The notes: generated by a model not told the origin, from the sequence alone. A DNA stretch of 64,000 nucleotides from the human T2T-CHM13v2.0 reference genome, Homo sapiens (GCF_009914755.1 NC_060944.1), one strand, 5' to 3'. Positions 1-19,993 are shown, numbered from the stretch's first letter. Program-made: numbers and translations.

Positions 1-367
1 TCACGTCCACTCCATTCAGTCATCTGAAAAGATGTGTTCACTTTTTACACCTCACAAGGCCCTGTATACAAACTCGTCATTCAATCAAATGTACTTGCTG
101 AGTATCCGGCATGTGTTGGCATTGAGCCAGGCACTGAGGATACAAAGATGAAAAGACAGGTCCCTTTCCTCAAGTCATTTGCAAGCCAAATAATGTATAA
201 ATATTTTCAACTTACATATTGTGATGTCCATTATGAAGGAACCAAATAGGGTAGGCAGAGAAAGCCTCTTTGAAGAGCTGTCATTGGAGCCAAAGTCTAA
301 AGTCAGGGGAAGCCACAAAAAGGTTTAGCAAGAAAGACATGTCTGATTATATCTGTAACTGTAAAAC

Positions 368-691
368 ATTTTCTTTTTCTCTTTCTTTCTTTTATTATTA
401 TTTTTTGGAGACAGGGTCTCACTTTGTCACACAGGCCAGAGGGCACTGGTGCGATTTTGGTTCACTGCAGCCTCAACCTACGGGGCTCAAGCGATCTCCT
501 TCCTCAGCCCCCCAAGTAGCTGGGATTCTAGGCACATGCCACCATGCCCAGTTAATTTTTTTGTATTTTTTGTAGAGATAGGGTTTCACCATGTTGCCCA
601 GGCTGGTCTCGAACTCCTGAGCTCAAGTGATATGCCCACCTTGGCCTGCCAAAGCATTAGGATTAGAGGTGTGAGCCATCACGTTTGGCCG
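368..691 (-). mobile_element. Alu (AluJ-like)
   Basis: Antisense Alu dimer with polyT. Confidence 0.9.
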
Positions 692-984
692 GTAACTGTA
701 AAACTTTTTGTAATACTGAAGGCATCTCCTGCATTTTTTCATACATTTTACTTTTCCCCTATTTATTGGTGGCCTCCATCACCTTAGAGATTCACGTCTC
801 AAAGGACAAGAGTCATGGAAATTTAGTCAAAGCCCTGAGTAATTTGAGAGTGTACAATTTATGCCATAAATAATAGATTGAGAAGAATAGATGAGTCAAA
901 TTGGTTTTCCTCTTTAGGAAACGAGATAAAGATTATCGGGAGGTGGGGAGAAGGGAAGTGTAGCAGAGATGTCCAGCTGTCATG

Positions 985-1860
<876 letters not shown>

Positions 1861-2396
1861 CTAACTGCCTGAGTGTGTGTGCAGGCACCTGGAGCAGGAC
1901 ACTTCAGGGGAAGGGAGGTGAACTGAGGGGAAAAAGCAAAAGAAGACACCCAGAATTGACCAAGATTAAGTTTCTCCTACCTAGTGGAATGGAGGCTATT
2001 TATTTTGGGTGTGAGCTGAGAGTTGTACCTGCTTCCCATTTTATTATTATTGTATTATTATTCCTGGATCCCAGCCCAGCAGTTAACAGGAACCTGAGTG
2101 GAGGCTGAGTTTTATCAATAAATTTTTGCTGAGCACCAAGGCCCAGGCTCAGGTCCCAGCCTAGCTCCCTACTTGCTGGGTGGCCTTGAGCATGTTACTT
2201 CTCTTTTCTGAGCCTTGGTGATCTCATTGGGAACATAAAGGGGTTGAACTCCAGGATGCTCAAGGTGGCTCTTTTTGCATTGATGTCCTGTGGTTTTTCT
2301 CTGGGTCTGGCAATGAGGGCAGTTCAGGAAAAGTGTGATAAAATAGCTCTACTTTAGTTCATAGAGGGACAAGACACAGTCACATGGGCACACATG

Positions 2397-2424
2397 TACA
2401 CACACACACACACACACACACACA
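2397..2424. repeat. (CA)n microsatellite
   Basis: Seen directly. Confidence 0.95.
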
Positions 2425-2527
2425 AATGTGATTAACCAAACATCATGGTAGCCAAGAAGATATGTAGCATTAAGGTTTAGAATACAGGCTTTGAAGTCAA
2501 ACAGACCAGAGTTAACAACCTCATTTT

Positions 2528-3848
2528 GTTTTTATTTTCTTTTTTAAAATTTTTTTAAAATTATACTTTAAGTTCTAGGGTACATGTGCACAACGTGCAG
2601 GTTTGTTACATATGTATACATGTGCCATGTTGGTGTGCTGCACCCATTAACTGGACATTTACATTAGGTATATCTGCTAATGCTATCCCTCCCTCCTCCC
2701 CTTACCCCACAACAGGCCCCGGTGTGTGATGTTCCCCTTCCTGTGTCCAAGTGTTCTCATTGTTCAGTTCCCACCTATGAGTGAGAACATGCGGTGTTTG
2801 GTTTTTTGTCCTTGCGATAGTTTGCTGAGAATGATGGCTTCCAGCTTCATCCATGTCTCTACAAAGGACATGAACACATCCTTTTTTATGGCTGCATAGT
2901 ATTCCATGGTGTATATGTGCCACATTTTCTTAATCCAGTCTATCAATGATGGACATTTGGGTTGCTTCCAAGTCTTTGCTATTGTGAATAGCGCCGCAAT
3001 AAACATACATGTGCATGTGTCTTTATAGCAGCATGATTTATAATCCTTTGGGTATATACCCAGTAATGGGATGGCTGGGTCAAATGGTATTTCTAGTTCT
3101 AGATCCCTGAGGAATTGCCACACTGTCTTCCACAATGGTTGAACTAGTTTACAGTCCCACCAACAGTGTAAAAGCATTCCTTTCTCCACATCCTCTCTAG
3201 CACCTGTTGTTTCCTGACTTTTTAACGATCGCCATTCTTACTGGTGTGAGATGGTATCTCATTGTGGTTTTGATTTGCATTTCTCTGATGGCCAGTGATG
3301 ATGAGCATTTTTTCATATGTCTGTTGGCTGCATAAATGTCTTCTTTTGAGAAGTGTCTGTTCATATCCTTCGCCCACTTGTTGATGGGGTTGTTTGTTTT
3401 TTTCTTGTAAATTTGTTTGAGTTCTTTGTAGATTCTGGATATTAGCCCTTTGTCAGATGAGTAGATTGCAAAAATTTTCTCCCATTCTGTAGGTTGCCTG
3501 TTTACTCTGATGGTAGTTTCTTTTGCTGTGCAGAAGCTCTTTAGTTTAATTAGATCCCATTTGTCAATTTTGGCTTTTGTTGCCATTGCTTTTAGTGTTT
3601 TAGTCATGAAGTCCTTGCCCATGCCTATGTCCTGAATGGCATTGCCTAGGTTTTCTTCTAGGGTTTTTATGGTTTTAGGTCTAACATTTAAGTCTTTAAT
3701 CCATCTTGAGTTAATTTTTGTATTAGGTGTAAGGAAGGGATCCAGTTTCAGCTTTCTACATATGGCTAGCCAGTTTTCCCAGCACCATTTGCTAAATAGG
3801 GAATCCTTTCCCCATTTCTTGTTTTTGTCAGGTTTGTCAAAGATCAGG
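2528..3848 (-). mobile_element. 5'-truncated L1PA-type LINE-1 (ORF2 C-terminus, 3' UTR, polyA)
   Basis: ORF2 peptides ...[17 protein letters not shown]... and ...HRMFSLIGGN*; L1PA 3' UTR; TSD-like CAACCTCATTTT (2516-2527) and CAACCCCATTTT (3854-3865). Confidence 0.95.
2764..3845 (-). pseudogene. Disrupted L1 ORF2 fragment
   Basis: Premature TAG at 3199-3197 and a frame change between ORFs 3197..3871 and 2764..3189. Confidence 0.85.
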
Positions 3849-4489
3849 TGGAGCAACCCCATTTTCATCACTAACTAGCTGGTGACCTTGGATAAGTCAC
3901 TTTATTTCTCTGAGTCTTGGGTTTCTCCCATTTAAAAGGAGGATGATAATACCTATATTTAGGGCTTTCATGTAATAAAATAAGGTAATTTATGTGCAGC
4001 TCCAAGATCACGCTGGGCACGTTACAGATACTCAGTAAATGGTGGTTATTCTGATGAGGATTGTGAGCCATGGTGAGAATCAAGTGAAAGGTGGAGAAGG
4101 GCAGAGCTGGTGGGTCTTGAGTATGGACTAGGAAGATCCATGAAGTCCAGGGTGTAGGGAGGCTCTTGGAGAAGGCAGGACATGAGCAGTGCAGGGATGT
4201 GTAAAAGCGTGACCAGACGGGATGAAATACCCTTTTAGGAGAAGGAGAAAATAGACCCAGAAGCGAGGTAGAGCCAGGCTTGAGAAAATTACTTCCTCTT
4301 TCTGAGCCTTATTTTTCCTCTTGGTAAAGCGAGTGTAACAATATCTGCCTTGCAATGTTGTTATAGCGATTATTGAGATGTTAGAAGTCAAGCTCCCATT
4401 AAGATGCCTGGCTCATGTAAGGCATCAAATATTAGTTTCATTCCTTTCCCAAGAGAGGGTACTCACAAAATATCATCAGGGCTAGTAAC

Positions 4490-4640
4490 ACAGAGGATAA
4501 ATATTTGAGGGGATGGATACCTCATTCTCCATGATGTGATTATGTCACATTGCATACCTATATCAAAACATCTCATGTACCCCATAAATATATACACCGA
4601 ATATGTACCCCAAAAATTAAAAATAAACAATTTTTTAAAA
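4490..4640 (+). mobile_element. L1MA-type 3' end fragment
   Basis: ggatggatacctcattctccatgatgtgattat...catgtaccccataaatatatacac followed by an A-rich tail. Confidence 0.7.
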
Positions 4641-4719
4641 AATCCCCCAAAACAAAAACAAATGAACAAACAAAGACAAAATGTCAGGGCTAGAGTGACC
4701 CTCAACGCCTTTCTATGGT

Positions 4720-5470
4720 AACATACACATCTATTCATGAACTGTTCACACATCATTCATCAATCTATACAGCTATCACTTATGCATTTTTCATATATCC
4801 ATTCAAACACCAACAATTCATTCATCACCCATTGTTCATTCATCTAGCCAAAAGTCCATTCATCCTTCACTCACCATCTATCCTTATCCATCATCATGCA
4901 TTCATCAGCAACCTTCCATCTGTCTACCTATCATCTATTCTATATTCATCCTTCATCAATCTATTTCATATCCATACACCCATTCAGCCAGCTACTCAAG
5001 CAGCCATCGTTCTTTCATCTGTCTATCCATTTATCATTTATCCATCATCCACCTATCCACCTGCCATTAGTTAGCCATCACCATCTCTCATGAATTTATT
5101 TGTTCCTCAACTATCCATTCTTCATGCATCTATCCATCTATTTATCACTCAATGATCCATCCATCCATTATTTCATTCATCATTTATGCACCCACCATTT
5201 TTCACGCATGAAATATTCATCCAAAATCTATTCTTCATTTCTTCATAGCTATCATTTACAAGCCAAACATCAACCCACCAATTTACTCTTCCTCCCTTCC
5301 TCTTCCATGCATCATCCATCCTTCATTCACTCTTTCACTAAACATCTGTCATCTATTAGCCATGCCTATCATCATCTATGTATCTTCCATCGACATAACC
5401 ACCTACGATCTATGTAATTTCATCATCCATCTGTATATGTTTATCCAGTCATTCATTCATTTATGTTTCA
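4720..5470. repeat. Degenerate (TCCA/TTCA/TCTA)n low-complexity tract
   Basis: Recurrent ATCC/ATTC/ATCT tetramers over about 750 bp. Confidence 0.8.
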
Positions 5471-5698
5471 TCTTCCATATTGCCTGTCAGGTAACATACA
5501 CCAGAGATACAGACTAAATAAGCTACAACCTGTCCTCAAGTTGTTCAGAGTCTAGTGGAGAAAGATAAATAAGCCTATGATAGCTGCTGTACCAGAGGAA
5601 TGACTGTACCAAGCACCCCAGGGGAGACCACACAGGAGAGAGCCACAGACTCTGAGGGAACTGGGGAAGGACTCACAAAGGAGGTGGCAGTTCATTAA

Positions 5699-6064
<366 letters not shown>

Positions 6065-6440
6065 AAAGGTCCCCTGGTATTTTTATGGGGGGAAATGAGT
6101 CCTAAGAGGGGAAGTGACTGTGCATAATCATACTAAGAGTTAATTAACAGGACAGAGACTTGTAACCAAGTCTCTAGCCTACTATACTAGTTCTGTTTCC
6201 ACTTCTTATGGGAAACAGTAAGTTACTCAAGGGAAGACAAGTAAGCAAAGAAAACCTGCCTCGAAGCACCAGAAGGCTGCTGTTTTAGGATCTGGTTGTA
6301 GATGGGGTGGAGAAGGGGATTTTCCTAGACCTCAGCTTCTCATTCAGGGAGAGGTAACAGCAGAAGCCCCAGGAATATTTGACAAAGGGCAGGAAAGAAG
6401 GAGGAGGAGAGACAGAGCACAGTGAGGTGAGGAGAAAAAC

Positions 6441-6730
6441 AGGTCAGGCACAGTGGGGCTCATACCTGTAATCCCAGTGTTTTGAGAGATCGAGGTGGGA
6501 GGATCACTTGAGGCCAGGACTTGGAGACCAGCCTGGGAAACTCCATCTCTACCAAAAAAAATTAACCGGGTGTGGTAGCATGTGCCTGTAGTCCTGGCTG
6601 AGGCAGGAGGATCCCCTTGAGCCCAGGAGTTTGAGGCTGGCTGCAGTGAGCTAAGATCGTGCCTCTGCACTCCAGCCTGGGTGACAGAGCGAGCCCCTGC
6701 TTCAAAAGGAAATAATATAATAATAAAAAA
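6441..6730 (+). mobile_element. Alu (AluJ-like)
   Basis: Alu dimer with small internal deletions. Confidence 0.88.
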
Positions 6731-6787
6731 ACCCCACCTACTATTTTCTTGTTACCTTTACTTGGGTAATTAATAATAATATTGTTA

Positions 6788-7115
<328 letters not shown>

Positions 7116-7579
7116 TTATTGAGCACAGACTACGTGCTGAACAGTGTGCTATAGATTTTTCATGCATCATACCATTTTATACCTCACCCTCAGCAGCCCC
7201 AAGAAGCAGTTATTACTCTTGTCCCCATTTTGTGAATGAGGAAACTAAGTTCCTGAGAAGGTAAGCTAGGATTTAAATATGGTCTGTGTGACTACAAATT
7301 CCATGTCCTTTCCACTCCTCTTTGCTGCCTCTCTCATCGTTCTTTGGGTATGGTATATAATAAGTGACTCAGACATACATGTGCATTCACTAAGATATAT
7401 GCTTCATTTTACTGGAGATTTTCTCTGTATCCTCAGACTCTGAAATAGTGGACATAGTAGGAAAGAAAAAATTTGTTGAATTTTCATAGCTATCATTTAC
7501 AAGCCAAACATCAACCCACCAAGAAATATCTTCTATTTCTTGTTGAATTATCTTGCAAAGAAAATGGATAATCAATTAG

Positions 7580-8347
<768 letters not shown>

Positions 8348-9160
8348 TCAGAATTTAGTCATGTGATAGTAACCAGCTGCAAGGGAGGCTGGGCAATGTA
8401 GTCTTTATTCTGAGAGGCTATGTGTTCAGGTAAAAGTGAGAGGTTTTATTTCCACAGGAGAAGGGGAAAATGGGTATGAGGGGCAAGTAGGGGTCTCTGG
8501 CGTAGATGAGAAGAAGATGTATGGACACCAATATTCTCTATCATGTGAAGACTCCTAGGGTCACATATCATCTCTCCCATTAGACAGCAAGCTCCCTGAG
8601 GGCAGGGGGCTAGATTAATCACCCTGGTGTCCCTGAAAGCTTCTAGCTCAGACTTAAGGAAGAAGACTTTTTCAGTCCCGGATAGAGGTCTAATGATCTG
8701 ATGGAACCAGAGCAAGTAGGTTAGAGGCCTTTTGCCTGGTGACGACCAAAGTGGAGAGGCCAGGCGTCTGGGAGGCGGCCAGCAACAGTAGAGAGAGACG
8801 CAGGAAAGCGACTTGCAAGGGGGCTGGAGTGGGTGAAAGGTCAGAGGAGAGTCTGGAAAGGAGGATGCAGTGTTGCAGGGCGGGCAGAGCTGGGGGAAGG
8901 AGGGGATAATTTAGTAATCACAGCTCTTCCCTCAATAGAATGCTCAAGGGCTCACAAAGCATCTTGGCCTCCATGTTCTCACTGGTGAGGATAGATGGTA
9001 CATGAAGTTAGGTGGCAGATGGGGGGGTGCTTCGGATTGCCACCAGCCCATTCCTATCTAGAGAACTGTCACTGGTTTCCTTCTTCGTTTCCCATGTGCT
9101 TCCTTTCTCCTTCCCTGTCTCCCTTCCTTCTTCCTTCCTTGATTTCTCTCTTCTTCCTCT

Positions 9161-9508
9161 GTATGTGTGGATATACACATGTATAACACACACACACACA
9201 TAGACATACATATATATGTATATCTGAATGTATGTCTCTGTATGTACAGATATACACATATACATATATGTATATGTGCATACACATATGTGATGACCAA
9301 AGTGGAGAGGGCTAAAAGATGAGGCCAGGTGTCTGGGAGGCAGCCAGCAACAGTAGAGAGAGACGCAGGAAAGCGACTTGCAAGGGGACTGGAATGGGTG
9401 AAAGGTCAGAAAAGAAGTGTGTATATGTGTGTATGTATATGTGTGTATATGTATATGTACATATATGTGTGTACATATGTATGTGTGTGTGTGTGTGTGT
9501 GTATGTAT
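9161..9508. repeat. Compound (CA/TA/TG) microsatellite interrupted by a duplicated unique segment
   Basis: Repeat tracts at 9161-9290 and 9418-9508. Confidence 0.9.
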
Positions 9509-9704
9509 AATCACCTACTATGTGCCAGGAGGTATTGTGAAAGTTATTGAGAAACACACTGGTGAGCAAACCAGACAAGATCCTTGCCCTCATGGAGCTT
9601 ATGCTTAAGAGAGAGAGATATTACACAAATAAATGCACAAATAGCTCCATAACCGTTAAATGTGACCAACGACTAGCGCTATGCAGAAGTGCAGAATGCT
9701 GTGA

Positions 9705-10080
<376 letters not shown>

Positions 10081-10319
10081 AGAGATAATTTTTAGAAAGG
10101 AATAAAATCACGCTCTTGTTCAAATATAAAATGAACATGTGTCAAAGATTTTATTTAACTCATTAATTTATGAGGTAACCAATAAGGTGTTAAAAAATAG
10201 TTCAAAGGAGAATCCAAAGAGAAGAGGCATACATAGGTAATGAGGATTGCTTACATTAATTTGCTAAAGATGCAAAACTGTTTTCTTCCAAGAGTACTGG
10301 GGGGAATGAATTGCATCTT

Positions 10320-10625
<306 letters not shown>

Positions 10626-11020
10626 CAACTGCATCTTGAGCAGAAGAAATTTGTTTGCATCTCTGTGACGAGAATTGTTTTTATTATCATCAATCTTGTT
10701 ACAACATATTGAAGTGTACGCTAGCTCAAAAATGTGAAATGCGTCGGCAACCATAGAATCAGCTAACCTGAAATGATGTAAAGACAATTCATACCATTCT
10801 GGAGGACTTCCAGTAATCTTTGTGGACTTTTTTTTTTCAGCTTCAAAGTATTTTACAGTTTTTCCTGATGTGAGTCAGATCGGTACTAGATACTAATAAT
10901 ACAGAGGTAAACCATACAGACACAATTTCTCCCTCAAGGACAATATTCCCTTATGTTCTAACTGGGGTGGAGAGCCGGGGAACAGTTTTTGGAAGCCAAA
11001 CTGAGTCTTTGCCATTTATA

Positions 11021-12650
<1,630 letters not shown>

Positions 12651-13119
12651 AGGACATGCTTCTCAGGCTAATGCCTCTCCCAGCCCCTACTTAACAGAAG
12701 GGACCACTGAGGCACAGAGAGGAGAAGGGACTTTGTCAAGGTCACACTGATGATGTGGACTAAGAACTGACAGCCTCTTGATAGCCCTGTGGTGGGGGAT
12801 ATCTTGTGTCAGATGGGGAGGGCAGAGGTCAGGGACTGTGTGCAGCCCCATTGGTCAGTCCAGTGCACTGATCCGCTAGTCAGACAGAGTCCTCCAAGGT
12901 TGACCAAGTCATGGACTGAAGGCAAAAAGGACCGGGGGACCTGGAGGGGAGGAGAGAAGAATGCTGGTGTTTATCACGCACTAACTATGCTAGATGCTCG
13001 GGTGCCGGACGTCACCCCTAGGGAATTCACAAATTTGGGGGCAGACACGTCCTACAAAAATAACTCAAGTTTCTGGCGAAAGTGTGGTAAGTGTTCCAGC
13101 AGAGGCCTCTCTAGTGACA

Positions 13120-13565
13120 TCTAGGTTTTTGTCTGCTCACTGGTCATTTCCCCATATTCTTTTGGGAAACCACCTCTTCACCACTCTTGATTCTTGTAGC
13201 TCAGACCAGGCAAACCCCACACCCACTTCAGAGGTGGGCACATGACCAGACCTGGCCAATTAGAACACTTTATCCCTCTTGCCACAGAGACTGGCACATG
13301 GTTGGGCGCGTGACCCAAGGCAGGCCAGAGGGGGCCTTCCCCAGGAATTTGCTGGAACTACTGGAGAAAAATCCCACTTCATAGGGTTTTTAAAATGGAT
13401 ACACTGTAAGCCAGAGTTGCTGGCAGCTATCTTTGCCACCAAAAGAGAGAGGTTCTCTGAAAATGAAGCTGACAGGAAAGCAGGGATGACAGATGGAGAG
13501 ACAGCTAGAGTCCTAATGCTACTGTATGGTCACCTCCTGGACCCAGCCGTGAAATCAGTGACCCT
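13120..13565. mobile_element. MLT1-family LTR fragment
   Basis: gggcacatgaccagacctggccaattaga and related motifs. Confidence 0.55.
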
Positions 13566-13609
13566 GAACACAGTTCTATTTTGCTTTGTTACCCAGGCTG
13601 GAGCTTTTT

Positions 13610-14020
<411 letters not shown>

Positions 14021-14032
14021 GTTCTAGAAGGC

Positions 14033-14036
<4 letters not shown>

Positions 14037-14064
<28 letters not shown>
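14037..14064. repeat. (CA)n microsatellite
   Basis: Seen directly. Confidence 0.95.
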
Positions 14065-14067
<3 letters not shown>

Positions 14068-14494
14068 TATTTGCATTAGCCACTTTGAGATGGGTTTCTG
14101 TCTCTTAAAACCAAAAAGAGACCTGTCTAATTCCAGGCAGAAACAATATCATGGGAATGTTGGCAAGGGAGAGGGATTGGAGTGTGTGTAAAGATTTATC
14201 TGGGAGTCCTTCCTCGTGGAGGTAGGTTTTGAGCAGGGTTTTGAGAAATGGAGAGGATTTTGATATATAAAGAAGGTGAAGAAACAGTATTTCCAGGGAG
14301 GGGAACATCCTGGGCAAAGGCTTGGTGGTGGAAGAGGGCAGGGAAGTGGCGCCGTCCAGTGTGATTGGAGAGAGGATGGGGATAGAGAGGAGGTGGGAGA
14401 AGAGCTGGCAAGAAGGGATGTGCCCTAATCGTGCAGAGATCCAGTCTGCTCCTTCACCTGCATCCTCCTCCTCTGGAGGCGTGCCCTTCATCAG

Positions 14495-15235
14495 TTAATT
14501 CATCCACAGCCATTTACTGAACACCAGCATGCGTCAGGCACTGTCAAAGGGCTGGCGAGAGAGCTGTGGGCCACACCACCAAGTCCCTGCCCTCTTGTAG
14601 CTTCTTTTGTAGGTGAAGGACACAGGTGGTAAACATGAGCAAGAAATAAACAAGTATCATAGTGTCAGGGAGCAGTAACTGTTATCTAGAAAAATTAAGA
14701 CGAGTAAAGGGAATACAGACTAGTGGAGAGGTGTTTGGGATGAAAACGGATAATACTGATGGTTGACCGACATCGTGAGTGCACTCAATGCCACTGAACT
14801 GGTAAAATGGTTAAAATGATAAATTTTACATTAGGTATTTTTCTGTTCTTTATATTATGTACATTTTACCACAATAAAAAACAGGATTGGCAGAGGGGTG
14901 CTATTTTAGCTAGGGTGGTCAGGGCATGTCTCTCTAAGGAGGTGTCGTTTGAACAGAATGGAGGGGAATTAGCAAGCCTTGAAGAGATTGGGGGGAAGGT
15001 ATTCTGGGTGGAGGGAATTGCCAGGACAGATCCTGTGGGGCCAGAGTCGGCCTGGTGTGTTCTAAGGACAGCAAGTGGGCCCCTGTGGCTGGAGCCCAGA
15101 GAGCAAAGGGAGAGGGGGAGGAAGATGAGTACAGGGATCAGCAGGGGCTTGTATGCCAGGAGAGAACTTTGGATTTGGTTGTATGAGTGATGGGAAGCCA
15201 TCGGAGGGCTGAGCAGGGAAGGGATATGAATCAGA
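14495..15235 (-). mobile_element. L2 fragment containing a short L1M 3' piece (~14730-14880)
   Basis: catttactgaacacc...caggcactgt; gggtggtcagggcatgtctctctaaggaggtg; gggaagccatcggagggc. Confidence 0.55.
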
Positions 15236-15379
15236 GTTTCTGTTCAATTCTCCCTCTGCCCACACTCAGTCCTGCTCTTAATCAGGTTGGTAATCTTGCC
15301 TCTGCTTCTGACTATCTCTCTCTCCTGGCTGCTACCCTCTTCTGCACATCTTCATGACCACTATCTTGCTGAGGTCATC

Positions 15380-15672
15380 TTTTTTTTTTTTTTTTGAGAC
15401 AGAGTCTCACTCTGTCTCCCAGCTGAAGTGCAGTGGCACAATCTCGGCTCGCTACAGCCTCTGCCTCCTGGGTTCAAGTCATTCTCATGCCTCAGCCTCC
15501 CGAGTAGCTGGGATTCAGGCGAGCACCACCATACCCAGTTAATTTTTGTATTTGTAGTAACGATGGGGTTTTGCCATGTTGGCCAGGCTGGTCTTGAACA
15601 CCTGGCCTCAAGTGATCCACCCACCTTGGCCTCCCAAAGTGCTGGGATTACAGGTGTGAACCACCACACCCA
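15380..15672 (-). mobile_element. Alu
   Basis: Antisense dimer; GAGGTCAT flanks. Confidence 0.9.
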
Positions 15673-16634
15673 GAGAGGTCATTGTTTTTATATGGCTGAC
15701 CCAAATGGCCTCCAACTGGCCTCCCTGCCTCCTGCCGACCCAGCCTCCACCAGTCATCAGGGTCTCTTTCTACCCGCAGCTCTGACCAGCCCTTGCCTTG
15801 GTGAGAGCCACAGCCTCCCAACTTCCAGTCCAGCCCCATCTATCTTCTTTTCTCCTCACCCCAAAGCCCACACTTAGTCACTCAGAGCCTCCATGGGGTT
15901 CCCCTGCTGCCTGCCGTAGGCTTGCCCTCCTCAAGGCTGGTGTATGGCTCTCTGCTCTACTCGGGTTCCTTTTCACCTAGACAGCCCCCTCCCATCCTTC
16001 AACAGCCTCCCAGCATCACTCCTCTGTGAAGCCTTCCTTGGCTGTCCCACCCGCAGGCTGGCTTAGCTAGCTCCTCTTCAGTGCTCCCTAAACCACTCAC
16101 ATCTTCCACTTTCAGAGCCCCGAGCATGTGGCATGCAAAGCACATTGGTTTGGTTTGGTTTTGTACAAACCTTTCCCTTTCCTCAGCTCCCTGAACCCCC
16201 CAGTTCCCTGTTCATAGTATGTTCGCAACAAATGTTTATTGAATAAATGAATGAGTTTGGAATTTATCTTGCAGAAACAATACTCCCACCACCACTACCA
16301 GCACCTCCACCAACGAAAATAATATCCAACCCAAGTTGATGACTTGCTATGCATCGGGCACTGTGCTACACACTTCCAAATCTGGATCTGATTTCTATTT
16401 CATAATATTAGGAGGAAATCACTGTGTTAGCCCCACTTTAGAGATGAGAAAACTGAGGCATGGTGAAATTAATCAATTTTCCTAAGGCTACATAACTCAG
16501 AAGCAGGAGAGCCGACAGTCCAAAGTGTGCAGCCCAAAGCCGTGGGCACCGCATGCAGCTGGAGGAGGTGTCTTGGCATTACTGCATCCACGGACGGGGT
16601 TTCCAGGAGTCCTGGAGTTCCATATGAAGATTGA

Positions 16635-17355
<721 letters not shown>

Positions 17356-17644
17356 TAAGATGCTCCTCTGCACATAAGGGGGAAAGATGGAGAGTTTTCG
17401 AGTATTGGACTGTTGCGGTTCAACCTATGCTTTAGAGAGATCACGTTGGCTATCCATTGCAGTGTAATGCAGGGAGAAGAGATTGGAAATATCCCTAAGA
17501 TTCACCAAGAGTGGATGTGTTAATCATATCATGGTACCTCCTTCCACAGAAGGGAATAATACGCAGCCATAAAGATGAATGAGGAGTCTCTTTATGTACC
17601 AATGTGAAATGATTCCTAAGATATTTATGTCAGAGAGAGAGAGA

Positions 17645-17945
<301 letters not shown>

Positions 17946-18203
17946 TAGTTTAAGTAAATACAGCAAGGTGCAGGCCAGCATGTATAATTAGCTTCTATGT
18001 ATGTTTTTTAGGAAGGGAGGGGTTAAGATTATAGATCTAGATGTGCTTCTATATGCATAAAAAATCTTTGGCAATATTCACTGTTAAATAGTCAGTGGAA
18101 ACCCTACCTCATAGGGTTTTTATGAGGGTTACATGAGTTAATATTAGATAATTGCTTAGAAGAGTACCTGGCACACATTAAGCACTACAGAAGATTTTAT
18201 TTA

Positions 18204-18386
<183 letters not shown>

Positions 18387-18452
18387 TTAGGGGATGGAGA
18401 CCAGGTGACTAAGGGGCAGGGAGAGAGACTTATTTTTCATCTGAGGCCTTAG

Positions 18453-19178
<726 letters not shown>

Positions 19179-19993
19179 CTAAGAGATCATCTGAGGGGGT
19201 CAGGGCCTGGAAGGAGATCCCACCCAGAATCCCCGGGAATTCGCTGTAATTGGTCAAAGGCCACATTGTGTAGTGTGAGAAATCAGGACGTGAGGAAAAG
19301 GCGGACAGGAGACACCAAAACACCCACGCCCCAGGGCCCACTATAAAAAGCACATTTAAAAACACCAGACTGGAAAAGTTTTATTATTATTATTATTATT
19401 TTTTAAATAGCAAAAGCGAGTCCCCCCAGGAGGCGCACTGCAGCTGCGGCTGTGGCGGTTCCCAGGTGATGTCAGTCCTGGCCAGGCGCCAGTCCCGGCC
19501 CCTTGGAGACGGTCTTGGTGGGTTCAGCTTGACTGTTTTTCCTTCCTGAGACTTGAGGACACCTTCCTGTCTCAAAGAAGGAAGCCTTTCCAGGGCTTTC
19601 TGAAAGCCAGGGGCAGGGGAGGCGGTGGGCCTGGGCTGCAAGGGCAGAGAGAGGCAGGGAAGGTGGGTGGGGGTGGGGAGGAGCGGGGGCTGCCTCTGGG
19701 AGGAGAGTGAGGGTGGAGAGAGCAGAAGACAAGCCTGGCTCCTGGGTGGCTCTTTAGCCCTCCCACCCGGGGGCGCGAGGGGGTCTGCTTCTTGGGAATC
19801 CAAGGCCCGCCTCCCTGGCCCCATTGCTTCTCAGCCCTGGCTGCTTCCTGGGGAGGCCCCTGGGTGGGGTGAGGTTGTGGGGTGAGAGAGGTTCCCACAG
19901 AGTTCCCAGTTGGTCAGTGTCTTTTCTCCCTCCCTGAGCCCTGGGCCCACCCTTTCTTCTCTATGGTTAAAGGCTCTTTGCCAATATCTTCCA

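Larger units (their letters stand above)
2460..4050 (+). mobile_element. MIR split by the L1PA insertion
   Basis: MIR 5' part (aggctttgaagtcaaacagacc) lies left of the L1; MIR core (gtgaccttggataagtcac...ctctgagtc) continues on the right. Confidence 0.65.

Noticed and set aside
4715-5417. His/Ser/Ile-rich ORFs
   Set aside because: Artefacts of the degenerate tetranucleotide tract.
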